The translations under genes were made by a program, and so were the position numbers. A model generated the notes under the pieces. It saw only the letters and a list, made by a program, of their open reading frames with translations, was not told the origin of the DNA and searched no databases. Shown here piece after piece: positions 24,557-32,000 of a stretch of 32,000 nucleotides of DNA (positions within the stretch are counted from its first letter, which is position 1; each line of letters opens with the position of its first letter). Origin of the DNA: Candidatus Omnitrophota bacterium (GTDB taxonomy: Bacteria > Omnitrophota > Gorgyraeia > 2-01-FULL-45-10); the NCBI GenBank assembly GCA_023818895.1, contig JAMWCX010000002.1, positions 410,821 through 442,820 of the forward strand, in the 5' to 3' direction.

Positions 24557-26410
24557 TTATCGCTCAAGTTCCCAGCGTGCGTTCAACCTGTGCTCGGCGA
24601 TCTTTTTGAGTTCATACATGCTGCGATCGCACATGTCTATAGCGTTTCGGTAATATTCCTTTGCTTTGTCAGTCATATCTAACTTATTGTAAATATCACC
24701 TATACGTATATATGAAACCGCTATATCCTGCCTCGATGTCGTGTTCTGCTCGACCCTCTTATACTCCTCTATCGCCCTTTCGTATCTTCCGACGCGGTCA
24801 TAGACCGTGCCGAGATTGATATATGCCTCAACGAACGATCTGTCGATTGAGATCGCCTTCTCAAACTGCCGCACCGCCTTCTCGTAATTACCCAGATTTG
24901 CGTACGCCACACCCAGAGAACTCAAGGCCTCCAGGTTATCCGGTTTGATACGCACCGCCTGCTCCAGAATATCAACGGCGTCCTGAAACCTGCCGAGCTG
25001 CAAGTAACAGAAACCCAGTATGTTCTTCGGAGCGAAGTAGGTATCCGACATCGCTATAACCTTTTTAAGAGGTTCGATGGCCTTATCGAACTGGCCTTCA
25101 GCGGAATAACCCACACCCAACGACATAAGCGCCCATGGATTACGGGGGTCTACCTTGAGTATAGACCTAGTTATAGTAAGGGAATCTTTCCAGTCCTCAT
25201 TTCTCATCATCGTCCTTCCGCCGTAGAACGCCAGCAACGCCCCGGCCAATACCGCGGCAACTACGCCAACAACCTTCCTTTTACCTGCATGGCCGGGGCG
25301 TGCACCAGATACTGCGCGGCCGGGGCGTGTCACAATGAGGGCAGCAAAGGCCATTGCAACCAAAACGCAGAACCCTATTGACGGAAGATACAGGAATCTC
25401 TCAGCCATCAGAGCCCGCAAGGGCACTATGTTTGAGACGGGTATAAAAGTTATGAATAGCCAACAGATGAAGAATGATATTTTCCTAAAACGCATAAACA
25501 CGAAAGGCATAGCGATGATAATCGCTATCATAACTATAAGAGGTATGATCACTCCAATGTCAGCGATGGATACCTTTATGGGGGTAACGTAAAATGCGCA
25601 CAGCCTGACCGGCCAAACAAGAAGTCTGGCGTATTCCGGCAATACGGACAGCATCGTCAGGAATGTCCGGTACGGCGTCCCTCCCCACCATTCGCATTGG
25701 CTTACCCTATTTAATATAAAATACCTCGTCGCCACAAAAAATGCTGTCAGCATAAAATATGGTATCCATCTGGGGATTTTTTTGCGTAGCGGCTCGTTAT
25801 CGCGAAAATGGACATCGTAGGCGGCGATAAGCATAGGAAGACTTACAGCCATCTCTTTTGAAAAAAGCGATGCAATGCAGCAGGCGTAAGACAGCATAAC
25901 ATATACTATGCGCCGCCGTCTCAGGTAAGTAATATAGAATATGAACGTGAGTAAATAAAAGAACAAGAATAATATGCTTGATCGGCCCGAAATCCACGCC
26001 ACGACCTCTGTCTGGACCGGATGAAAAGCGAAAAGAAGGCTTGCAAGAAAAGCGGTAATAATATTACCCAATATAAGAACCAGAAGCAAAAATAATAACA
26101 CGGCGTTTGCGGCGTGCATCAGTATGTTAACGGCATGATAGCCAAATGTATCCAACTTCCAGAAATGATAATCTACAGCATACGATATTGCTGATAAAGG
26201 GCGATATACGTCTCGCGAAAGTTCCGAGAACGCCACGGCGGACGGATTGGTGAAGAAATATCTGATGTTGGCGAGATTGCGGATATGGATGTTCTTGACG
26301 ATGAAGTAGCCGTCGTCGTAGACGAACTGCCCGCCCAGCGAGTTTGAATAGACGACGAGGCTGAGGAGGAATATGATAAGGGCTGCCTTCAAGATGTCTT
26401 TACGTTCCAT
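24557..26410 (-). CDS. Polytopic GT-C-like membrane protein with C-terminal TPR repeats (TMTC/PMT_2-like)
   Basis: 617 aa. The N-terminal motif is GQFVYDDGYFIVKN, followed by about 10 TM helices. The C-terminal ~220 aa contain at least 5 TPR units (e.g. ALSSLGVAYANLGNYEKAVRQFEKAI). Confidence 0.75.
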   Translation of the reverse strand: MERKDILKAALIIFLLSLVVYSNSLGGQFVYDDGYFIVKNIHIRNLANIRYFFTNPSAVAFSELSRDVYRPLSAISYAVDYHFWKLDTFGYHAVNILMHAANAVLLFLLLVLILGNIITAFLASLLFAFHPVQTEVVAWISGRSSILFLFFYLLTFIFYITYLRRRRIVYVMLSYACCIASLFSKEMAVSLPMLIAAYDVHFRDNEPLRKKIPRWIPYFMLTAFFVATRYFILNRVSQCEWWGGTPYRTFLTMLSVLPEYARLLVWPVRLCAFYVTPIKVSIADIGVIIPLIVMIAIIIAMPFVFMRFRKISFFICWLFITFIPVSNIVPLRALMAERFLYLPSIGFCVLVAMAFAALIVTRPGRAVSGARPGHAGKRKVVGVVAAVLAGALLAFYGGRTMMRNEDWKDSLTITRSILKVDPRNPWALMSLGVGYSAEGQFDKAIEPLKKVIAMSDTYFAPKNILGFCYLQLGRFQDAVDILEQAVRIKPDNLEALSSLGVAYANLGNYEKAVRQFEKAISIDRSFVEAYINLGTVYDRVGRYERAIEEYKRVEQNTTSRQDIAVSYIRIGDIYNKLDMTDKAKEYYRNAIDMCDRSMYELKKIAEHRLNARWELER

Positions 26411-26416
26411 GGTCGG

Positions 26417-27262
26417 TTAACTTAACAGGTATTCGCCGTATCTTATAAGGCGTATGCCATTATCGGCTATGGACTTTTTTACGCGGCGGCTCGTAAGCGC
26501 GAACAGCTCGTCTTCGCAGTTCTTATGGAACGGGTACCGGTCAAGCACCTCAGGAGACATGAGCCCGGGATGGCAAACAAGCTCCGTAGTCCCGTCCCGG
26601 AGGGAGGCGAGCATTCCAAGAAGCGCCTCCTCGGTCAGAGCGCCCGAATCATGGAATCCCAGGAAGCGGTCCGGCCTCCTGAGGCCGGATGAGCGTATCA
26701 TCTTCGCCGCCGGGCCTCCCAGGACCGACATGACAATGCTCTTATATATCTTCCCCGCGCTCAAGGGGACCCTTGAGATGTCCTCCCGCGGATAGCGTAT
26801 AGCTGGCACATCATATTCCCTGGCGAGTTTCACGAATATATCGAGGATGCCGGGAAGCATGTGCATGTGCTCGTGACTCGAGAGGTTTGTCACTCTGATA
26901 CCTGAGCTGATGACACTATCGAGCTGCGCTTTAAGTTCGACGTAGACTTCGTCAAGGTCGAGCATCCCCAGGAGAAGTCTCGGAACGAACCGATTGCGGC
27001 TGCCATAGAACCTGCCGTCTTTGGCGACGATGGTAGGGATTCTGGACGCATCTGAGACGGGGGCGGTCTCGGTGAGCGCGAGGTGCGCTCCTGCCTCCGC
27101 CAGGCCGAGCTCTTTGGCTGAATTCAGAGCGTCATCGAAAGCTTCGCCACTCGGCATCAGGTTGACTGAAGTAACAATGCCTTCGCGCACAGCTTTTACT
27201 ATGCCTTTGTTGATACTTCCCGTGAGCCCGAAATCATCGGCGGCTACAATTAATTGTTTCAT
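26417..27262 (-). CDS. YdjC/ChbG/HpnK-family carbohydrate deacetylase
   Basis: 281 aa with LIVAADDFGLTGSINKGI and SSHEHMHMLP, the metal-binding pattern of the YdjC family. Confidence 0.85.
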   Translation of the reverse strand: MKQLIVAADDFGLTGSINKGIVKAVREGIVTSVNLMPSGEAFDDALNSAKELGLAEAGAHLALTETAPVSDASRIPTIVAKDGRFYGSRNRFVPRLLLGMLDLDEVYVELKAQLDSVISSGIRVTNLSSHEHMHMLPGILDIFVKLAREYDVPAIRYPREDISRVPLSAGKIYKSIVMSVLGGPAAKMIRSSGLRRPDRFLGFHDSGALTEEALLGMLASLRDGTTELVCHPGLMSPEVLDRYPFHKNCEDELFALTSRRVKKSIADNGIRLIRYGEYLLS

Positions 27263-27951
27263 CTCGATAGCCTGTAAACCAGCATATCCCAGAATGTCCG
27301 AGCGACGACGCTTAGCCGTGATATGGTCGAGCTGCCTTTTGTGCGCAGCTCGAAGATGAGGCCGTACTGCCTTATCTTAAAACCACGCCGTGCGGCTTCA
27401 GCGAATATCTCCACATCTATAAAAGGGCTTTGGGATTTAAGCTCAAGTCCTTGGAGGACTCTTTTTTTGTATATCTTAAGCCCTGAGTTAATGTCTCTTA
27501 ACTTAAGACCGAAAAAAGCTCGCACAAGGAAGTTGTAGACTTTTGACATAACGATACGCTTAAGGCTGGCATCCTTTATCACAAGGCTGTAGGCGGTAAC
27601 GATATCTGAGCCATCAAGAAACTCAAGCGCCTTTTTAATATCCTCTTCTTTAGCGGGAAAATCAGAATCTGTATACACGATGATATCTTTGGTCGCCGCC
27701 ATAAGTGCGGCGTTAAGTGCACCGCCGAACCTTGTATTCACCTTAAGCCTAATGGACTTTACATGGCTGTCCGTGGCAGCAATCCGGTCCACAATATCGC
27801 CGCTTCCGTCAGTCGATGCGTCATCGGCAACCACGATCTCGTAGTCTTCGGCAAGCTCCTGACCAAGCTCGCTCGCTCTGCGAATTGTCTCTTCGATGTT
27901 TTCCGCTTCGTTATACATCGGGAAGGCAAATGACAAACTTTTCACTTTCAC
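27259..27951 (-). CDS. Family-2 glycosyltransferase (polyprenyl-phosphate sugar synthase type; ArnC/DPM1-like)
   Basis: 230 aa with FPMYNEAENI, VVADDASTDGS and YTDSDF (the DxD motif). No C-terminal TM helices. Confidence 0.85.
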   Translation of the reverse strand: MKVKSLSFAFPMYNEAENIEETIRRASELGQELAEDYEIVVADDASTDGSGDIVDRIAATDSHVKSIRLKVNTRFGGALNAALMAATKDIIVYTDSDFPAKEEDIKKALEFLDGSDIVTAYSLVIKDASLKRIVMSKVYNFLVRAFFGLKLRDINSGLKIYKKRVLQGLELKSQSPFIDVEIFAEAARRGFKIRQYGLIFELRTKGSSTISRLSVVARTFWDMLVYRLSR

Positions 27952-29612
27952 CTTGGAGCCTCCCGCTTCTTAATGTATCCGCCGGCCGGCACTTCGTTCG
28001 TCACGAGCGCCCTCTTCCCCACTTTGTATACCACATAAGACGGCTTCACATATTCTTTAGTGATCTCGGGATCATACAGGTGGCCATGGTTTTTCTCCTT
28101 CATGACCGCCCATACACGCCCTCTGGAATTCATGAACTGGATTTGTATATGGTGTTTATCAAGATCGATGGGAAATTTACCTGTGTAGAACGCAAGCCCC
28201 GCAAGATAATTGGACTCAGCCCCTAGCGCCTCATCTGGTTCCATCAAAGTATTGATTTTATAAGCAACTTCTTTGCTCGTTTCGTAACGCTCGATCTCAG
28301 GGACTACGAGCATGTTAAGTGGGTAAAGAAATAACACTATTGCGTAAGGTATCAATAGTATCGCTACGAGAAACTTCTTATTCAAGAACATCGCAAGCGA
28401 TAAAAGTATACCAAATGCCAGAAAAAGGCTTGAGGCAACTACGCCTGTAAGCATTTCGGGGTAATCCAGCTTCGCATAAATAGCGCCTCCAGCCCAACCG
28501 AGAAGAATTATCGTCGCCAAAACATAATAAGAGATCTTAACACCTTTTTCAATCAGCCGCGGTAGGTTACCCTCAAGGAAATTGTCAAATAATACGCCTA
28601 TAATAAGCGCAAGTGAGATAAAACATGGGAATATATAAGTCGGGAGCTTTGTGCTCGACGCTGTGAAAAATCCAAATATCAAAACAAACCATATTAGAGC
28701 AAATACCAACCCATTTTTTCCACCGGTAAGTGGCGATTGGCGCCCGCTAATCTTTTTTATCGCCCACCAGAACCCTACCGGAAGGAATATGCTCCACGGG
28801 AAGAACCCGCCGAACATTATGGGAATATTGTAATAGACCTGAGACCCTATCTTATGTTCGGCTTCGAGAAAACGAGTTACATTGTGGAAACCGAAGAATC
28901 CGTCCACAAATGCCTGGCCGTGAAGCTTATATATAGCCCAATACCATGGCGCCATGACAACAATAAAGACGATAGCCATCTGCAAAAGCGGCATCCTGAA
29001 AAGCCCTTTAAGATCACGATTAATAACAAAATAAATTATAAGCGCCCCCCCAAAAATGACAACAGCTACTGGTCCCTTGGTAAGCGTGGCGAGGGCTAAT
29101 GCAACAGATGACAGGATATAAAAAAGCTTCTTCCCGGCAGTCTGGCCGTAAAAGAAAAAGAGTATCGCCAGAAGCAAAAAAACGGTGAGGACCATATCGG
29201 TTACGCAAGCGCGGCTTAAGATTATATATTCGACATTTGAGGCAAGCACAACGGCCGAAAGGAATCCGGCCCTTTCCCCAAAAAGCAACGTTCCCAACAA
29301 GTATATGACGATGACTCCTATAAGGCCAGCTACCGCCGACGGAAATCGCGCGGCAAATTCGTTTACGCCGAAGACTTTATACGATATCTCGATAAGCCAG
29401 TAAAAAAATATGGGTTTTTCAAACTGCGGCCTTCCATAAAGGTGCGGAGTTACCCACTCTCCTTTCGCGAGCATCTCCTTGGCGGTCTGGGCGTAGAACG
29501 TCTCATCCGGATCGGTGAGAGCGAGCTTACCCGCCTGGAAGAAAAAGAGCCATCCGCAAAGCGCGATGAGGACGGCCAAAGACAACAGATCTTTTTTCTG
29601 TAATGTAACCAT
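27948..29612 (-). CDS. ArnT/PMT_2-type GT-C glycosyltransferase (family 39-like)
   Basis: 554 aa with the N-terminal loop motif TDPDETFYAQTAKEMLAKGEWVTPHLYGRPQFEKPIFFYW, about 12 TM helices and a C-terminal soluble domain of about 100 aa. Confidence 0.85.
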   Translation of the reverse strand: MVTLQKKDLLSLAVLIALCGWLFFFQAGKLALTDPDETFYAQTAKEMLAKGEWVTPHLYGRPQFEKPIFFYWLIEISYKVFGVNEFAARFPSAVAGLIGVIVIYLLGTLLFGERAGFLSAVVLASNVEYIILSRACVTDMVLTVFLLLAILFFFYGQTAGKKLFYILSSVALALATLTKGPVAVVIFGGALIIYFVINRDLKGLFRMPLLQMAIVFIVVMAPWYWAIYKLHGQAFVDGFFGFHNVTRFLEAEHKIGSQVYYNIPIMFGGFFPWSIFLPVGFWWAIKKISGRQSPLTGGKNGLVFALIWFVLIFGFFTASSTKLPTYIFPCFISLALIIGVLFDNFLEGNLPRLIEKGVKISYYVLATIILLGWAGGAIYAKLDYPEMLTGVVASSLFLAFGILLSLAMFLNKKFLVAILLIPYAIVLFLYPLNMLVVPEIERYETSKEVAYKINTLMEPDEALGAESNYLAGLAFYTGKFPIDLDKHHIQIQFMNSRGRVWAVMKEKNHGHLYDPEITKEYVKPSYVVYKVGKRALVTNEVPAGGYIKKREAPR

Positions 29613-29622
29613 GGGTTTTCTT

Positions 29623-30207
29623 TTAGGTGGAGAAAAGCCAGTTTGTGCGGCCTGATATCCTGGAATAAATTAGAGCCGCGATAAGCACCTTCACCATGTC
29701 GCCGGGGATGAACGGCAGGACTCCGGCCGCAAGGGCAAACGACAGGTTCATCTTATAGAGACACATGAGCCAGCCCGCCCCGCATGCCAATATGACGGCG
29801 CTACCGATAGCGAAAGACGCTATCAGGCTGCCGAAGCTTTGTTTTCCGGAATGAGTCAAGAGGCCGACAATATACGCGGCTGCAATGAATCCGACAATAT
29901 ACCCACCGGTCGGACCAAAAAGATACGCAATACCAAATGACGCGCCCTGAAATAGCGGTAGCTCCATAACGCCAAGCACAACGTACGCAAGCTGGCTGGA
30001 TGCGCCAAGATGCCTGCCTAAAACAGCTCCGGCAAGGATAACGAAAAATGTCTGTAAGGTTATCGGCACCGGCGTGCCAGGAATGGGTATCCTGACATAG
30101 GCGCCGAGGGCTGTGGCAAGCACAAAAAATGCCGCGCCGATGACAGCGGTCGTCTTTTTACCGGTGATAATGTCTTTATTATATGTTATGGTATGCGTGG
30201 CATTCAT
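29623..30207 (-). CDS. bioY: Biotin transporter S-component BioY
   Basis: ATG at 30207 has RBS AAGGAGA; the track start at 30261 is an artefactual extension. About 6 TM helices. The motifs PITLQTFFVILAGAVLG and PFIPGDMVK are typical of BioY. Confidence 0.85.
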   Translation of the reverse strand: MNATHTITYNKDIITGKKTTAVIGAAFFVLATALGAYVRIPIPGTPVPITLQTFFVILAGAVLGRHLGASSQLAYVVLGVMELPLFQGASFGIAYLFGPTGGYIVGFIAAAYIVGLLTHSGKQSFGSLIASFAIGSAVILACGAGWLMCLYKMNLSFALAAGVLPFIPGDMVKVLIAALIYSRISGRTNWLFST

Positions 30208-30261
30208 AGTAATCTCCTTGTATAGTGTGATAAGATTACTATAAATGCGCCACGGTGTCAA
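30208..30261 (-). promoter_or_regulatory. Candidate bioY promoter with an 8-N17-8 inverted repeat
   Basis: On the minus strand, TTGACA (30261-30256) is followed by a 17-nt spacer and TAATCT (30238-30233). The inverted repeat AGTAATCT (30208-30215) / AGATTACT (30233-30240) overlaps both the -10 and the SD. Confidence 0.4.
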
Positions 30262-30267
30262 CGGGAA

Positions 30268-32000
30268 TTACGGCTGGGGTTTTTCTTCCTCGCTAAGTAT
30301 TTTAACGCGCTTATCGTTGAACCATCCCTGGCCGTAGGCATCGCCGGCAAATTCTTTTATGTCATACCCATAGGCGTCAAATAAATCAGGCGCCAGATAT
30401 ATAAGGACCCTTCCTGACCTCACGACTAATACCCAGAATAACTCCCTCTCATCCTCCTCCAGCATCCTGTCGGATTCATCCAGTTCCCGCAGAGCCCCGT
30501 TGATGAACGGCATGATGTTGGCGGGGTTATCGGCCGGGTTCGGCGGAACCGGAGGGCTGAACCAATTTATGTTGTTACCGCTGTCAATGGAATTAGGAGG
30601 ATTGATTATAATGGCGTTTATATTGTTTGAGTCCTGGACGTCGACATAAGATATGTTACGGCCACCTGCGGGATCAATTTTCCATTGTGTCCCTATAGTA
30701 GAGCTTCTTAATAGAAGCAAGTTGCCAGCCGCACCCTTAAGAGTACAGGTACCGGTAATAGTCTGCGTCGAGCCTGCCTCAAATGTCAGGGTGCGTGACA
30801 CAAGGACGGTCTTATCGAGATTATTGAAAGTCGTCGAGCCGGATATCGTCTGGTCGGTTCCGTCAAACACCACCGTGCCCGTGCCGGCGTTGAAGGTACC
30901 GCCTGTGCGCGTCCAGTCGCCTGAGACATAGAGTTTTCCGCTCGGCGCATTGATAGTGCCGCCTGAGTGCGTCAGAGTGCCGTTAACATCGATATCTCCG
31001 GATGCGCCTGTAAGCGCACCGCCGCTGACGGTAAGGCCGCCATTAAACGTCTGTGTGGCGGTTGAAGACTGATAGGTCCCGCCTGATATCGTGGCAAGGC
31101 CCGCCACAGTTACCGCGCGGCCGTTCGCATCGAAAGTGCCAGCAGAATTGGTGAACGTGCCGCCCACGACAAGATCGGCGGTTATCAATTGAATCGTTCC
31201 AGTGCCGGAGCAAGCCAGATTATTTAGCCCTATCACGCCACCATTTAGAATCACTGTCCCAGTCCTCACAAAAGACAAGTCAGAACCGCCGCAATTTATA
31301 ACTCCGCCGATCGTCAACTGTGTAGCCGCGCCGTTTTTAGTAACGATACGGCTACCGATAAGGGTCACTGCGCCTGTGCCAAGATCAAGGCTATTTGTCC
31401 CGGTGAAGGTGAAATCCCCCGCCCAAGTCTGAGCATAGTTATTTGCCAAAGTAATGGCAGCGCCTGAAGTATTATTGATCATGCCGCCGTTGATGATAAA
31501 GGTGTTATTTGCGTTTCCAAGAGCTGAGGAATTATTAATATTGAGCGTGCCGGCATCCAAGGTAAGACTGTTTCCTATACCACCAAAAGTATTAGCGCCG
31601 GATAGGGTAAGCGCGCCGGTGCCTTGCTTTATGAGGTTGCCTGCGTCGCTGATCACTCCGGCATAGGTGGTATTCGCCGCGCCAGCTACAGTCAACGTCC
31701 CCCCTCCTAAAGTCACATCTCCACCGTTTGTTCCGCCACCCGCAAGCGAACCAATGATTTGATTAAAGCCATTTAAATCGAGTATCGCGCCTGCTACGTC
31801 GGCAAGGGTTACGGCGGTGCCGGTAGGAAGGCGATCATTGCCTCCAGCTATTTTTAACGTTCCGCCGTTTATGGTGGTAGCTCCGCTATAGGTATTGGCT
31901 GCACTTAAGTTAAGGGTTCCTGTTCCTTGTTTGGTCAGAGCGCTTGCAGTCGCTGTGCCGCCGTTAGCTATAACCGCGCTTATGACTGTATCACCTGTGC
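30268..32000 (-). CDS. Large beta-helical surface protein with autotransporter-associated (PATR) repeats; 3' part only
   Basis: By hand translation the reading frame stays open from 31716 up to the window edge (..TGDTVISAVIANGGTATASALTKQGTGTLNLSAANTYSGATTINGG..). It has repeated G-T-L-T-L-S-G-x-N-T-(Y/F)-x-G units. The end motif is YVDVQDSNN...IDSGNNINWF, followed by a non-repetitive tail of about 100 aa. No beta-barrel domain is present. Confidence 0.8.
   Translation of the reverse strand, partial: TGDTVISAVIANGGTATASALTKQGTGTLNLSAANTYSGATTINGGTLKIAGGNDRLPTGTAVTLADVAGAILDLNGFNQIIGSLAGGGTNGGDVTLGGGTLTVAGAANTTYAGVISDAGNLIKQGTGALTLSGANTFGGIGNSLTLDAGTLNINNSSALGNANNTFIINGGMINNTSGAAITLANNYAQTWAGDFTFTGTNSLDLGTGAVTLIGSRIVTKNGAATQLTIGGVINCGGSDLSFVRTGTVILNGGVIGLNNLACSGTGTIQLITADLVVGGTFTNSAGTFDANGRAVTVAGLATISGGTYQSSTATQTFNGGLTVSGGALTGASGDIDVNGTLTHSGGTINAPSGKLYVSGDWTRTGGTFNAGTGTVVFDGTDQTISGSTTFNNLDKTVLVSRTLTFEAGSTQTITGTCTLKGAAGNLLLLRSSTIGTQWKIDPAGGRNISYVDVQDSNNINAIIINPPNSIDSGNNINWFSPPVPPNPADNPANIMPFINGALRELDESDRMLEEDERELFWVLVVRSGRVLIYLAPDLFDAYGYDIKEFAGDAYGQGWFNDKRVKILSEEEKPQP

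Noticed and set aside
30268-30700. A classical type V autotransporter call for the PATR-repeat protein.
   Set aside because: The C-terminal ~110 aa are acidic/aromatic and far too short for a 12-strand translocator barrel. There is also no terminal aromatic OMP signature.

Overview
The window is a 32-kb chromosomal stretch coded almost entirely on the minus strand; only smpB and the tmRNA gene are on the plus strand. Gene content (porin, SmpA/OmlA-like protein, ArnT-like transferase, many Fe-S/thiol proteins) suggests a Gram-negative-type, probably anaerobic bacterium. The taxon cannot be fixed from the sequence alone.

Gene order from left to right:
- A Pho block: possible pstC start, pstS, a porin, three small ORFs (one below the ORF-track cutoff), phoR and phoB. 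It carries two sets of 11-bp-phased PhoB/PhoP-type boxes.
- A tightly packed 11-gene operon (6080-12523). It is headed by a DUF134 regulator and has its own promoter and palindromic operator. It encodes two ArsP-type CxC permeases, a USP, a mini-thioredoxin, a ProC-like Rossmann protein, a DGC-domain protein, a 2x[4Fe-4S] ferredoxin, an unassigned Cys-rich 120-aa protein, and a secreted CxxC protein paired with a CcdA-type membrane protein. This is the best candidate for an uncharacterised system.
- A frameshifted lipoprotein amidohydrolase.
- tRNA-His, a SmpA/OmlA-like protein, MscS, tRNA-Arg and tRNA-Pro.
- rdgB-rph, a two-subunit class I fumarate hydratase, queF-queE-queC-queD, murI, a cell-wall amidase and tRNA-Leu.
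- smpB plus a 414-nt tmRNA with an apparently long, atypical tag.
- An operon of bioY, an ArnT-like GT-C, a GT2, a YdjC deacetylase and a TPR-bearing GT-C. It resembles lipid A aminosugar modification modules.
- The 3' part of a large beta-helix (PATR-repeat) surface protein that runs off the window.

No rRNA, CRISPR array, transposase or integrase was seen. All family assignments come from motif recognition by eye, not from database searches.
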